Assembly: GCA_965603825.1 (NCBI GenBank)
Contig: CBFDEM010000027.1
Span: 682,001 to 746,000, forward strand
DNA: 64,000 nt
Direction: 5' to 3'
DNA from: Blepharisma stoltei ATCC 30299
Taxonomy: Eukaryota > Protista > Ciliophora
The notes beneath the pieces are model-generated. The model made no database searches and was not told the origin of the DNA. It saw only the letters and a program-made list of their open reading frames with translations. Of this stretch, positions 11,303 to 23,065 are shown piece after piece. The position numbers were made by a program, and so were the translations under genes. Each line of letters begins with the position of its first letter. The stretch's first letter is position 1.

Positions 11303-12229
11303 TTAACCAAATATGAAATTAGTTTTCCCACCAGGTGGGGCATGGACCTTTACTGACGTTTTCACATTTAAATCAGTTTTTCTTGATTCATCATAATCTC
11401 TTTCTTCATTTCTCTGGTATCCTCGCCTCTCTATTGGAGACCTATCAGAGCTTTCTTTATAATACCCTCTATCTTCATAAGGGTCTTTATTGCTCCTTCT
11501 TCTATCATTCTGCCTTCCTTCATTTTCATAATCTCTCTGGCTTCTCTGAGGTTTTTCTTCAATATATTCATTATTTTTCCTATTTCGTTGAGGTTCTTCG
11601 TTATATCCACGGTTCCTTTGGTATGAGTCTCTAGGTTCTTCATTGTAACCGCGGTTTCTTTCTTCATTATACCCACGGTTTCTTTCTTCATTGTACTCAC
11701 GGTTTCTTTCTTCATTATACCCACGGTTTCTTTCTTCATTGTACCCACGATTTCTCTGATTTTGCTCCCTTGGCTCTTCGTAGTCTCTATTTCTTCCACC
11801 TCGTGGCTCTTCATAATAGTCCTGCTCTCTAGCATTTCCATAGCCACGATCGTTATAATTCCTTTGAGGCTCTTGATAATCCCTTTGGTATTGGTCATAA
11901 GGTTCCTCATTTCGGTTTTTCCGATTTTGTTGCCTTGGTGGGATTTCGTCATAGTTGTCTCTTGGGACGTATTCTCTGTCTATATCTCTTTGAGGCTTTT
12001 TTCTATCATAATTTTGATTGTAAGCAGGCTGGTTTCGTTGTTGTCGCTGTGGTTCTGGGTCTGAGAAAATGCTAGATTGCATTTGTTTCAAGTGCTGCTC
12101 TGATTTTCGCTTTGGTTGAGGATCTCGTTGGCCACTCCAAGCGAGGCTGATTGATGAGTGGCCGCCTGGGGCTTCATGCACCTTTACGGAGGTGTGATCC
12201 GTGTTGTATTTGTAAGTGTCAGCGTCCAT
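11303..12229 (-). CDS. Low-complexity protein with terminal SPIRAL1/Jupiter-like PGG motifs (308 aa)
   Basis: TSVKVHEAPGGHSSISL near the N-terminus and TSVKVHAPPGGKTNFIFG at the C-terminus flank an R/N/E/Y-rich linker. Confidence 0.75.
   Translation of the reverse strand: MDADTYKYNTDHTSVKVHEAPGGHSSISLAWSGQRDPQPKRKSEQHLKQMQSSIFSDPEPQRQQRNQPAYNQNYDRKKPQRDIDREYVPRDNYDEIPPRQQNRKNRNEEPYDQYQRDYQEPQRNYNDRGYGNAREQDYYEEPRGGRNRDYEEPREQNQRNRGYNEERNRGYNEERNREYNEERNRGYNEERNRGYNEEPRDSYQRNRGYNEEPQRNRKNNEYIEEKPQRSQRDYENEGRQNDRRRSNKDPYEDRGYYKESSDRSPIERRGYQRNEERDYDESRKTDLNVKTSVKVHAPPGGKTNFIFG
11637..11757. repeat. Coding tandem repeat, 24-nt unit, about 5 copies (RNRGYNEE)
   Basis: Repeated ttcattatacccacggtttctttc-like units with no spacers, inside CDS 11303-12229. 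Confidence 0.9.
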
Positions 12230-12413
12230 TTTTAATTGTTAATTTTTGAATTATTTTGCAGATGATGAATTTTTCTATGACAGATTTTAATTTATTTTAT
12301 GATAAATAATTAAAAAATTATGATTTTTTTAAATTTAAATAAAAATTATTTACTTATTTTAATATTTAATACAAAAAGTCATATAAATAGTTATATATTA
12401 AATCATTATAAAG

Positions 12414-13163
12414 CTACTTCCGATAAGGAGTCATCAGTATAATAATTCCTGCCATCAAAATTAACAAAAAATAAATAATTTCCAATTTCTTCACCTGCTT
12501 AACTCTTTCAAATCTTGACCAGCCTGTGCATTCCATATATATCACTCCAGGGCCTTTTATTTTTACAAATGCCCAGTCATAAAAATACAAATTACTGAAC
12601 GATGTTTGAGTTGATGAGTGCGTAATTTTAATATCTTTTGAAAAAGCTACAAGTGAATTAAATGCAACTGAAATTTCTTCATCAACTCCCAGCCTTTTTT
12701 CAGTCAAAAATCCAGCTGTCTGAATATATAAAATTCCTTCCCCACAGATTTCTTTTCAGTTATCTTTTTGTAAAAAGACCATTAAATCACTTTTTTCTTG
12801 TATTTGTACCCCAGATGTAAATGCTAAAATTGTATTTGATCTAGCACATAAAATATCTCCAATAATTGCTGGATTAACAGCAAATATTTTTCCACCTGTT
12901 GGCTTACTCAGACCAACATATTCTACAGCTCCGTTTCTGTTTTTAAGCCGATGATTGAAATTAGTTTTTGATGAAAAAATTTGAGTGAATTTATTTCAGC
13001 AACTTTGCTTTAGTTTTCTGATAGAGAGTTTTCCTGAGGCGTAAATGATATTTTGGATTTGTGTATATACACTTTGGTTTGCTAATAAAATAAGTTGGAG
13101 GGATTGATCGTTATCGCCTAAGACTGAAAAATTATATTGGTCTTTCTTAAGAATTTCTTCCAT
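12414..13163 (-). CDS. AIM24-family protein with C-terminal transmembrane segment (249 aa)
   Basis: ATG 13163 (MEEILKKDQYNFSVLGDNDQSLQLILLANQSVY); two TGA=Trp; GEGILYIQTAGFLTEKRL, SLVAF, KIKGPGVIYME match the AIM24 pattern. Confidence 0.75.
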
Positions 13164-13425
13164 TATAAATGGATTCTACAAGGTATTTTTTTAGTATTTC
13201 GAGTATTAAATCCCTATATTAATAAGAAAAATTTGGATTTTAATTGATAATAAAGCTTCAATTAAATTAGCTAATGCTTTTATCAAATTTTGGAAATAAT
13301 TATTTCAAGTTTCTATATTTTTATAATAAAACACAGCATCGTTTTCCTGAAATATTAGGATATGTTTAATAGTAACTTAAATCTCTCTAATAAAAACCAC
13401 ATTTTATTTATCAAAATACACATAA

Positions 13426-14421
13426 ATGGGACTTATAGAATGCTGCTTCGGTTGCTTCACAATTTTTGGGTGCAGATCTCGCATGGTAAGATTTTTTTCT
13501 TTTTTTCCTCCAAAGCCTGCAAGCTATGAAATTATTACTGTTAATGATGAGCCTATGATATTTCTTAACAAGCAAACTGATAATTTAATTGACCTACCCT
13601 GACTAAAATTCTCAGTCGCATTTCTAGACACTGAAGAGAACGAAACTATTCCAATGCTTTATATAAAGCACGAAACTGCCTATTATACCGTAATTTTTAG
13701 TCATGGAAATTCTGCAGATATTGGGATCATGCGAAATTATTTAATAGAATTCTCAACACAATTAAACGTTAGTGTAATTGTCTATGAATACACAGGGTAC
13801 GGTCAAAGTACTGGTAAACCATCAGAAAAATCATTATATGCTGATATAAGAGCTGCCTACAATCACACTATTAATAACCTAGAAATTCCATGGGACCGGA
13901 TTATCCTTTATGGTCACTCAATAGGATCAGGCCCCACTTGTGATTTAGCTTCAGAATTTTCTGTAGGTGGAATTGTGCTTCAAAGCCCTATCGCCTCAGG
14001 CTTGCGTATTTTTTCCAAAAAACTAAAAAAAAGCTCAAAATATGACCTATTCAATAACATTGATAAAACACCATTTATAAGGTGTCCTGTCTTTATTATT
14101 CATGGCACTCTTGACAAAGAAGTCCCAATCAGACATGGCCAATGGCTCCATTCAAAGCTTAATTTAGCATACCCTCCTTATTGGGTGCCTGGAGCTGGGC
14201 ACAATAACATCGAAATCCTCCACAAGCAAGAATTTTTCAGTGCCCTACGAAAATTTATTACAGATTTAAATAAATTCCATAAAAGCGAAAATTCAAATAA
14301 TTATGACAGCCTAAAGCCTCTAAGCCCAAAATCCAACCGTCAAGAAGCCTCTAAAGTCGCTTATTGGCCTACAAACTCAGAAGTAACAGAGCCTCAAAAA
14401 GATAACACAAATATAAATTAA
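13426..14421 (+). CDS. ABHD17: ABHD17-like alpha/beta hydrolase, putative depalmitoylase (331 aa)
   Basis: MGLIECCFGC N-terminal Cys cluster, FFPPKP, SHGNSADIG, YEYTGYGQS, GHSIG nucleophile, HGTLD, GAGHNN; TGA=Trp at 13600-13602. Confidence 0.88.
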
Positions 14422-14428
14422 TATAAAT

Positions 14429-15016
14429 ATGCTGATTTTAATTCCATTTCTTATAATCTCATGTCATGCCTCGTTTTTTACACTTCCGCCAAGGGTAGAA
14501 ACGTGTTTTCAGCTAACTACAGCTAAGGGAAGTGACATTTGGGGCGCCTATGTGATTTCTGGAGAAGGAGACACTAAGGTGATCACAAGAGTTCATAAGC
14601 CAGATGGGATTATTATATGGCAAAACCCAAGGGACACAAGAGAAGGCAGCTTTGATTTTGTCTCTGAAAATGGAGGGAAATACAAGCTTTGTTTTAGGAC
14701 TATGGACTCTTTAGCGAAAACTGTCAGCTTTGAATTTAATTCACAGGACAAAACTCAATTTAAAGAATTACCAAAGGAAGAAGAAATTGGGCCGATAAAT
14801 GATGGGCTTACCAAGATGAATAAAGAACTAGATAAAATATATAGAAATATTCACTTTTACCAGAGAAGAGAAAAAGTGCATAGAGATTTGGCAGAAAGAA
14901 CATGCGATAGGGTGCTTTGGACTGTGCTAATAAAGATAGCTGTACTTGTCTTGATATCGTTCTCACAAATATATATGTTGAGGAAGTTTTTAGAGCCAAA
15001 AGGAAGCAGAATTTAA
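14429..15016 (+). CDS. p24/emp24/GOLD-family cargo receptor (195 aa)
   Basis: Signal peptide, ETCF...GKYKLCF GOLD pattern, YQRREKVHRDLAE, C-terminal TM ending QIYMLRKFLE. Confidence 0.92.
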   Translation: MLILIPFLIISCHASFFTLPPRVETCFQLTTAKGSDIWGAYVISGEGDTKVITRVHKPDGIIIWQNPRDTREGSFDFVSENGGKYKLCFRTMDSLAKTVSFEFNSQDKTQFKELPKEEEIGPINDGLTKMNKELDKIYRNIHFYQRREKVHRDLAERTCDRVLWTVLIKIAVLVLISFSQIYMLRKFLEPKGSRI

Positions 15017-15496
15017 TAAATAACAAAAATCATATAAAATTGTGGGTAAATTAAATATGATTGTTGAAGTATAAAAATGATGCAAAGAAAGAATGAACTT
15101 GAATCAGAGAAATCAGAAAAATAAAATAAATTGGTTTGTCAAGAAAGCATAAAAATTAAAAGATATATAAAATAAGCGATTTAAGAATTAGCTATCCATA
15201 TGAAGCTAAATTATTTTTGGCTCTTATTATAGAATTCTGATAATTCTAAAAAAGATTAAACACTTTAAATTTTATATCCAGCAAGTAATAAAGCAAAGCA
15301 CTCTAATTTTAATTAAGAATAATTGAATTTAGTAGCACAAGTGAAACCATCCATATTTGTGCTACCATCTATATATTAAACAACTATCTGTTTATCAGTC
15401 AGTTTATTACATAAATCTGCTTAATCACAAAAATTATTATTCTTTTATATTTTGGTTGATTCTTAATGGCATTATTTTTAATACCTCATAAAAAGA

Positions 15497-16891
15497 ATGG
15501 GCAGTTGCAATTCTATGAGCAAAACAAAAAACTCAATAAAACCCCAAATCTCACAATCAATCGACAAACGAGAATTTCCCCGCACTGGGCTCGTAAAAAT
15601 TAAAAAAAGAAATAATATTGGCAAGGTTACAAGTGTGCATGACCTCAGTTTTGAATTAACCGAACCAAAATTTGTAATTTCCAAGCTGCTCAATCTAGGC
15701 GACCAAAGAATATGGGCATCCGCTTGTATTCTCCCTGGTTTTGATCCCCACAAAGAGCAAGATAAAAAATGCCAGGATTTTAGCCTTTTTGCCTGTGATG
15801 GGGAGAGCATTTTTCTCGCTGAATTTGACGGGCATGGGCCAGTAGGAGAAAAAGTGGTCGAGTTTTGTGGAAATATTGTCCAAAATGAATATAATTCAGC
15901 TAAGCTTTTATATCAAGTAACTGTTATTTAGGCAAATCCCCCAGACTTTTTGACAAATATAACACTTAAATGTGATGAAGAGCTCAGAAAACCTTCAAGT
16001 GGGATCGACGTCACCCGCTCTGGCAGTACCGAGGTCCTTTGTCTTATTCATAACAACACGATTTTTTCCGCAAGTGTAGGCGACTCACGTGCAGTTCTCG
16101 CTACCACCTGCCCTCCTCTTCGTCCTCCAGCCCCACAAGCAGCACTTAACAAAGATCGCCAGCTATTAGAAGAAGCCAATAAACGTCGAAACAGCGTGGT
16201 AAACCCACTAATCCACAGTGTGCAGCTTACAAAGGATCAAAAGCCTGAAGATCCTGACGAATTAGCAAGAATTTATAAAGCTGGAGGAAGGGTCCAAAGA
16301 CTTACTGATGAGCATGGTAATAAAATTGGCCCTTATCGAGTATGAGAAATGAATGCGAATTCTCCTGGACTTGCTATGTCAAGGTCTATAGGAGATACCA
16401 TAGGTTCAAGGCTAGGGGTTATTGCAAGCCCTATAACAACTGTCCATCATATGAGTGTTGGGGATGACTGCTTTTTGATAGCTGCCTCTGACGGGGTATG
16501 AGATGTTTTTGAAAATAAAGACGCCGTGAATTTTGTGGAATATTATAGAAATAAATGCAAAAGAGATATAACTGAAAGGCCACATGTAGATAAAGTTAGC
16601 TATGAAAATACATGTATAGCACATTTATTATGTGAAGAAGCAAGGATCAGATGATATGCAATTGTTGGGGAGGAGGATGTACTGATTGATGACATTTCGT
16701 GTGTGATTATAGAGTTTAGAAGCGAAAGTGTAGGGATTACGAGGGAATCTGGAGTACTGCCTGACGCGAATACGCAAGCTATGAATCCTGAAGAGCATAA
16801 TCAGCTGAAAAGAGCTCCGACTACTCATGAAGTACAAGTGAGAGACCCGAGAAGAGGCTCAGTTGTTACAGATAGAATTGAGCTTGAGTAA
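15497..16891 (+). CDS. Protein phosphatase 2C (459 aa)
   Basis: CQD, FDGHG, VGDSRAVL, LTKDQKP, GPYRV[W], PGLAMSRSIGD, ASDGV[W]DV, IDDISCVI; intron 15917-15931; TGA=Trp at 16343, 16499, 16652; MGSCNS myristoylation-type start. Confidence 0.95.
15917..15931 (+). other. 15-nt spliceosomal intron
   Basis: GTAACTGTTATTTAG; removal deletes an in-frame TAG within the PP2C domain. Confidence 0.9.
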
Positions 16892-17545
16892 TTAATTTTT
16901 AATCAAAAAGACTCCATTAGATAAGAGTACAAATTAAATGATAAGTACTTCTCCTTCAGCAGTTTCACGTTTTGAAACCGTGAAATGTAAGCTGATCAAC
17001 AGAAAGCAACTCAAACCCATTAAAAGCACCTATAAAAATTCATATATATTTAATTTTAATATACAATTACCAACAAAGCGTAATTGGATTTTAAGAAAAA
17101 GGAAAATCCTTACTTATGCGATTAAATATATACATAAAATTGTGACGTCGCACAGTATACCTTTTCAAGTGAGCATTTCCTGGCTTGGACTTTGGGAATG
17201 GCAAAGTCCAGCAATGCTTTGCAAAATTACCTATGTTTTGCATCCATAAGCCAATCTGCCGCAAAGATTTGAATATGAATCTGATAGCTGGAGGCAAAGC
17301 GAACTTTCTTGTTAACACAATCAACTAAAAAAGTCTTATAATTTATTAAGAAATACACAATCTGGAAGTTTTTTGTAGCTTGTATTGAATGATGAAACTG
17401 TTGAAATTTCTCATGCTGCAATCCTAACCCAAGCTTAGCTCGAGATGACTATTTAAAATTAAATAGCTTCATTCACTCCTTTGAAAGTCAGATTACTCAA
17501 TTAAGGGTACAATTATTGCCGCATTAATAGGCTATACTAAATTAA

Positions 17546-18546
17546 TTAAGTATGCGATGTAAATCCTTCACTTCTTGGATTTCCGAGACTAATAGATTCA
17601 ATTTGTTCAGCAATCTTGAAATAATGCTTCATTATATAGGTTGTCTTTTTGAGGCCTGGCTTTCAAATATCAGGATAATACTCAATAATCTGTTCACTAT
17701 TCATCCCAAGCGATTTATGGACCTTTTTGTTTACAAGTTTCTTTCTCTTTAGTAGATAATCCCAATCGCTTTTACGGATCATGCACCTTCCGATAATTTC
17801 ATCTCGAGCTGCATCTATAATATTTTGAGGAATTTCTCGCAAGATGACTTTGAAACTTTCGTAATTGCTTGTAGTCACTTCATTGATTTTGTTTATGATT
17901 TCCTTTTGAATAGCGCTGATACCTTCTCTGTGGGCAATTTTGAGCTGCAAGTTTTTGTCGGCTTTTCATTCCTTATTTTTTTCTTCTCTTTCAAGCTTTT
18001 GGGACGCTTGCAGTTCTTCCACAGTCTTCTTTAAATCTCTAGTCAATTTCATATATTTTTGAACCTCTTCGATTTCTTCTTGATGCTTTATAATTGCTCA
18101 TTTTGCTTTATCGATTGCTCATTCTGCTTTATCAATTGCTCATTCATTATATTGAGTTGGCTTTGGAGATCTAATACGACAATTTTAAGTTGATCGAATT
18201 CTGTAGTTAGTGCGAAAGTTTCCCTTATATGGTTGTCCAACTTTAGCCCCTCAGCCATATTACCGAGAGCTGTTTTATCTGAAAGCCTTGATTCCAAATC
18301 TTCTTTCTCCAGCTGAAATTCTCTCGTTTTAAGCTTTAAATTAAGTTTTCAAAAAAGAACGAGCTTATCCCAACTTTCGAAACTCGACTGGATGAAATTC
18401 ATTATTCTCTGGGGGCTAAATGAACGAGGTTTATGCATGTATTCGTCAGCGAAGCTTTTGTATTGGCTTCTAAGCTCTTCAGCGCTCAATAAATTTTCTT
18501 TTAGCATGTTTTTTAAGTCGTCTCTAAGCTGTAAAACTTGCTCCAT
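17546..18546 (-). pseudogene. Orphan coiled-coil family member A, frameshifted near 18091 (333 aa if repaired)
   Basis: ATG 18546; TGA=Trp at 18349, 17966, 17663; TAA at 18088 arises from a 1-nt loss in the third copy of a 21-nt repeat; downstream frame ends at TAA 17546 and aligns with the C-terminus of gene 31333-32433. Confidence 0.7.
18084..18144. repeat. 21-nt tandem repeat, 3 copies (NEQLIKQ heptads)
   Basis: Minus strand GAGCAATTGATAAAGCAGAAT / GAGCAATCGATAAAGCAAAAT / GAGCAATT-ATAAAGCATCAA. Confidence 0.85.
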
Positions 18547-18655
18547 TTAATATTATCTTTGGCAGTACCCCATTTTTATCAATTTTCAAGTGCATTCAAT
18601 TGAATTGCAATAAAAAATGCATTATAAATGTTAAGTTATATGCTATCTAAAAAAT

Positions 18656-21076
18656 TTATTTAAAAAGATTACTTTTTTTATGTTCTAATCCTTCTCCCCA
18701 CCATGTCTTACGGTTATGATAAACTTGCTTGATATCTTTAAGCAAGCTTCTTATAGCATTCCCATCACCTTTCAATATATCTTCATCTACAAACATATAT
18801 TTGCTGGGAAAACTCGGCTTCTTATAAAGAGTTTCTAAAGCTTTCCTAATATTATGCAATGCTGCAGCAGAAGTTTTTGGATTAGAATGAAGCCCATTTA
18901 GAGGACTTCTTTCTAATTTTTCTATAATTTCACATAAGATTTCTCCACTTCTGAACTCATTGATTGTATTTTTGTTTAAATTTGGGCTTGCCACCCCCAA
19001 GCTTTCGATCCACTTTTCTAACCCTGAGTTTTGTGAGTCAAAAAATTCAACTTTTTTTGTATTATTAATTTTTAATTCGCCTTCTCCACGATTCATCCCA
19101 TAATGTTTTAAGCTTTGTGGCTCAGGAATTATTGGGTTGCTGAACTTAAAAACCCCTAAATAAGGTCCATCAAAATAATAATTGTCTCCTTTTCTTGGTG
19201 GCAGGCCATCAGCAAACCTATGAATATCTTCTAAAAGTCCTAAAATTGTGCCTAAATCGCCTTGATTTATTTGTTTTTCTTTCCATGTATGTCTTTGTGA
19301 CATATCTGCATCATTTCTTAAAATGTGAAGACTTTTCCTTATATTGCCTAATGCTGCATGATCAGTTTTTGGGTGTTTTATTATATCGATGTCTTTATGA
19401 GGGAATAAAAGCTCTATAAGTTCTGCTAGAAGGACTCCATTTCTCATATTAGAAGCTACTTCTAATATAGAGCTGATGTTTTTGTTAATAAGGCCGAGCG
19501 ATTGAAGCCAGGCTACTAATGATAAATCAAGTTTTTTAAGGGCAATGGTGTCATATGGAAGGTCATTGGTCTCAAAATGCTGAGGAGGGATTTTTCTATA
19601 AGTTACCATTAAATATCAAAATACAGGCCATAAATAGTCTTTTTTGCCTACACAGATATCTTCTCTATAATAGTCTATCCATTTAGGAATTTCATTTTGT
19701 TCTTCAATTATTTTTAAAGCTTTTGAGAAATTTTCTCTGATTTCTGATTCACCTCTTGGAGTGTAATTGCATTTAATTTTTTTCCTTATAATTACACTTA
19801 AAAGTTCACATATTAACACCCCATTTCTAAAATTATCCCTATCCTGCCTTTTATCAAACTTTAAGTGGTTTTCTAATTCCAGCGCAGTTATCCATTCAAT
19901 TACTTTTGCTTTCATTTCATCAGTAACTTTTATTAATTTAGGAGATTTTATTTGCTCAACAACTAGACTTTGCTCTTTTGGCGAAACTTGTCCAAGATTT
20001 GATTTACTGTATCCTCTTTTTATAGTCAATTTTGGGCTTGATAAGTTTCTAGGCGGATTTTCTTGAGGAGATGCATTGCTACTTTTAGCTATTTGCTTAT
20101 GCAAATAAAGTGACTTTATGTCGTTTAAGATCCCAAAAATCGCTTCTTCAGAGCCATCATGAATTTCTTCAGCTGCCCATAAATGATCTGAATTTATTTT
20201 TGGAAGGCTTCTTAAGTATTCTAGTCCTTTGTTGATATTAAATAAATGCGAAGTAATTGATTTTGCGACTCTTTGAATACCTTTAATAGGTTCATTTCTG
20301 CCTTCTAGTCTGTTAATTAAATCACATAAAAGACACCCACTTTTCATTTGGTCAATTAAATCATAAATAGTCGCTGTTTTCCCCAAAAGCTGCAAAGAGA
20401 TAATCCACGTCAAAATTTTTTGTTTATCGTCTTCTCTAATTCTTGATTTTTTTATTTTTTTTTGGGATTGATTTGATTTTTCTAAATTTGCCAAAGAATG
20501 AGACACTGATCTATAAGGCGAAACAGCCCCTAAAGACCGTCGCCTTGATAAGGGCGATTTTTCTATTACCCTTTTAGTTGGGGTAATATCAATTTTTGGC
20601 TGAATTGCTGGTACTAAGTCGTTTAGCTCAGGAGGTTTGCCTTGTTTGCTTTGTTTTCCTCTTGACTGAGGGGTGATATTTAGCGTGATTTCTCGTTTTA
20701 CAGGAGAACTTTTAAGCCCAGAAAGGTTACCTGATCGAAGTCTATCTGAAATGACTTTAATTATAATGAAAAGGACTCCTTGATCATCCAAAATTTCTTG
20801 GGCTCGGACTGATTGTCATTCTGGAGGCAGTCAAAGCTTAATTTTGCGTAAAATAGTTTCCCAGTTCCATATGTCAGATTCTAAGCCGTTGCTTTCTAAA
20901 ATACCTTCCATATGGTCTTTGCCTTCAATATATGCAATAATTTCACTAATAACTTGTCCAGAGCGTAAATCATTGAGTGTTTCAACTAAAGGGCAAGCAG
21001 GAAGAGGAAAAGTATTGATCCAGTCAATTAGCATTTGATGCTCTGTTGAAAAGATTCCTAAGCTAGCTAGAGACAT
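18656..21076 (-). CDS. Protein with five calponin-homology (CH)-like domains (806 aa)
   Basis: TGA=Trp at 20831, 20816, 19616 joins three fragments; five blocks with W(I/L)xxL/F followed by LRSGQVISEII, MKSGCLLCDLI, FRNGVLICELL, MRNGVLLAELI, FRSGEILCEII, most followed by NIxKAL-like motifs. Confidence 0.85.
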
Positions 21077-21205
21077 TATTTTTTATAAAACTATTTTTAA
21101 AATTTTAGATCAGTTAAGCAAGATATATATACAATTTGGATAAATTTCAGTTATATGGAGTTATATTTATAAAACCTTTTTTATAACTAATTAATAATTT
21201 AGGTC

Positions 21206-22672
21206 TTAAGAAATTTTTTGCATCAAATAGACTTTGAGCTCTTCAAGCCCAATTTGGCTATCTCCATTCCTATCAGCTTCAAGCAAAAACTTTTCCCAAT
21301 CTGAGTCTTCTATATCAGGGATGCTTTCTTTCAGTTCTTTCAATGACAGTTTTCCATCGCCTCCTTGGTCATACATCTTGAAGGCACTTTCCAGTTCATT
21401 TTTCTCAAAAGCTGATTTCCAGTCCTTAGAAGCTGTCACAAATTCAGTATAATCTAAAAATCCGCTTCCATCACTATCAATTTTCTTCAGTACTTCAGAA
21501 ATTCCAGGCGGCGTTGTTATTCCTAGCTCCTTATACCCCTCCAAAATTTCTCTTTGGCTTAATTTTCCATCCTTATTTTTATCCATCTTACTAAATAACT
21601 CTGCAAATTCTTTGTCTTCTTTAGCGCTGGTAACTTGAGAACTGATAAAAGTCATTATAGATTTTTCTAGCTTTCCTTGAGCATGAAACTTGCCTAGATT
21701 TCCTAGCGCCTCAGTGCTGAGTGCTGTTTTTGGTAGCTCATTATTGATGTAACTCTTGAACCAAGCATGATTAAGCACCTGCTCAGCATTAAGCCTATCT
21801 TCTGGGTCAGTCGCCAGCATGCTTTGAATTAGGCTTTTGGCCTCTCCAGACACTGAATTCCACACAGGCTGCCTAAATGTCAGGTTCCCTTGGGTAATTA
21901 TTTCAGCCATCTGCTCGACATTTTCTGCGAAAAACGGTGGGCTTCCACACAACATTATATATAAAATGACCCCAGCGCTCCAAATATCGCATTTCTCATC
22001 ATAAGACCCTGTAAAAGTCTCAGGAGCCATATAAAAAATCGTCCCAACTGCTTGATTCAGCTTATGATGTGGCTGCAGTTTTTGGGAAATTCCGAAATCA
22101 ATTACTTTTATTTTTGCGTCTGGGTCACTGTTTTCTAATAATAGGTTTTCTGGTTTTAAATCTCTATGGACGATGCCGTTCTTGTGGCAATAGTTAATAG
22201 CGCTCATAAAGTCATAGACGTATTTTGCAGCTGCTTTTTCAGATAAATTCTTTTCTTTTAAGAGTTTGCCGAATAAGTCGCCGCCTGTTAAAAATTCAGT
22301 GATAATGTAATAACTTTTCCTAGACTCTATCAGCTCATACACTTTCATAATGTTAGGATGATCCAAAGTTCGCAATATCTCTACTTCAGAAAGCATTTGG
22401 GCGCTGGCTTCCTGTGTCATTTTGCTCCTTGGGAGCTCTTTCATAGCTCTTTCTATGTTAGTTCTCTTATCAACAACTTGGTAAACCGTCCCAAAACCTC
22501 CACTGCCAAGCTTTTTTATAATAGTGTAATGATCTTCAACAGCGCCTTTCTTTTGGGAAACAAAGTTAGCTTTGCTAACATTTTTCTTCTTGGTTGTTGA
22601 GGAGGTTGTGCCTGGCAGACCAGAGCTTTTTTTTTTCTGAGGACGATCAAGCTTTGAGTTGCAACAGCCCAT
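21206..22672 (-). CDS. CDPK: Calcium-dependent protein kinase (488 aa)
   Basis: MGCC acylation start, LGSGGFG, HRDLKPEN, DFG, APE, four EF hands. Confidence 0.97.
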   Translation of the reverse strand: MGCCNSKLDRPQKKKSSGLPGTTSSTTKKKNVSKANFVSQKKGAVEDHYTIIKKLGSGGFGTVYQVVDKRTNIERAMKELPRSKMTQEASAQMLSEVEILRTLDHPNIMKVYELIESRKSYYIITEFLTGGDLFGKLLKEKNLSEKAAAKYVYDFMSAINYCHKNGIVHRDLKPENLLLENSDPDAKIKVIDFGISQKLQPHHKLNQAVGTIFYMAPETFTGSYDEKCDIWSAGVILYIMLCGSPPFFAENVEQMAEIITQGNLTFRQPVWNSVSGEAKSLIQSMLATDPEDRLNAEQVLNHAWFKSYINNELPKTALSTEALGNLGKFHAQGKLEKSIMTFISSQVTSAKEDKEFAELFSKMDKNKDGKLSQREILEGYKELGITTPPGISEVLKKIDSDGSGFLDYTEFVTASKDWKSAFEKNELESAFKMYDQGGDGKLSLKELKESIPDIEDSDWEKFLLEADRNGDSQIGLEELKVYLMQKIS

Positions 22673-23065
22673 TTATATCCAACTGAATTTTGATGGAGTA
22701 ATCAGAATAACTAAGGAGTATTTTTAGCAGATTTTATAGTGCTAGAAGTAGAAGAATATTTTATGGTTTCCTATGAAAAATTGTTTAAAAAGAAAATATT
22801 TGAAATATCGGCAGTCTGTTTTTAGATTTTAAGAGGAATAAATTAACTAACCTTTAAAAGCCTTTTATTTTGATATGCTGCGCAATTGCAAATTTATGGC
22901 TTGGATCATTAATGCTATAACTTATTCTTCAATAACCCTCTCTCCTTTTCTATGCACATACCCTCTTTGGGAATTTATTAAATTATTTCTACTTAGCTCT
23001 ATCATTATATCTTTACAAATTCCTCATCAAGATAAAAAATAAATATTTAGTCTAAAGAAATAAGC

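Noticed and set aside
11637-11757. CRISPR-like array
   Set aside because: Contiguous 24-nt units with no unique spacers, in frame within a protein.
11431-11952. 173-aa alternative-frame ORF
   Set aside because: By-product of the purine-rich repeat in the real CDS; no independent features.
18085-18095. Euplotes-type +1 programmed frameshift
   Set aside because: Context is TTA-TAA needing a -1/+2 shift, not AAA-TAA +1, and the repeat alignment shows a simple deletion.
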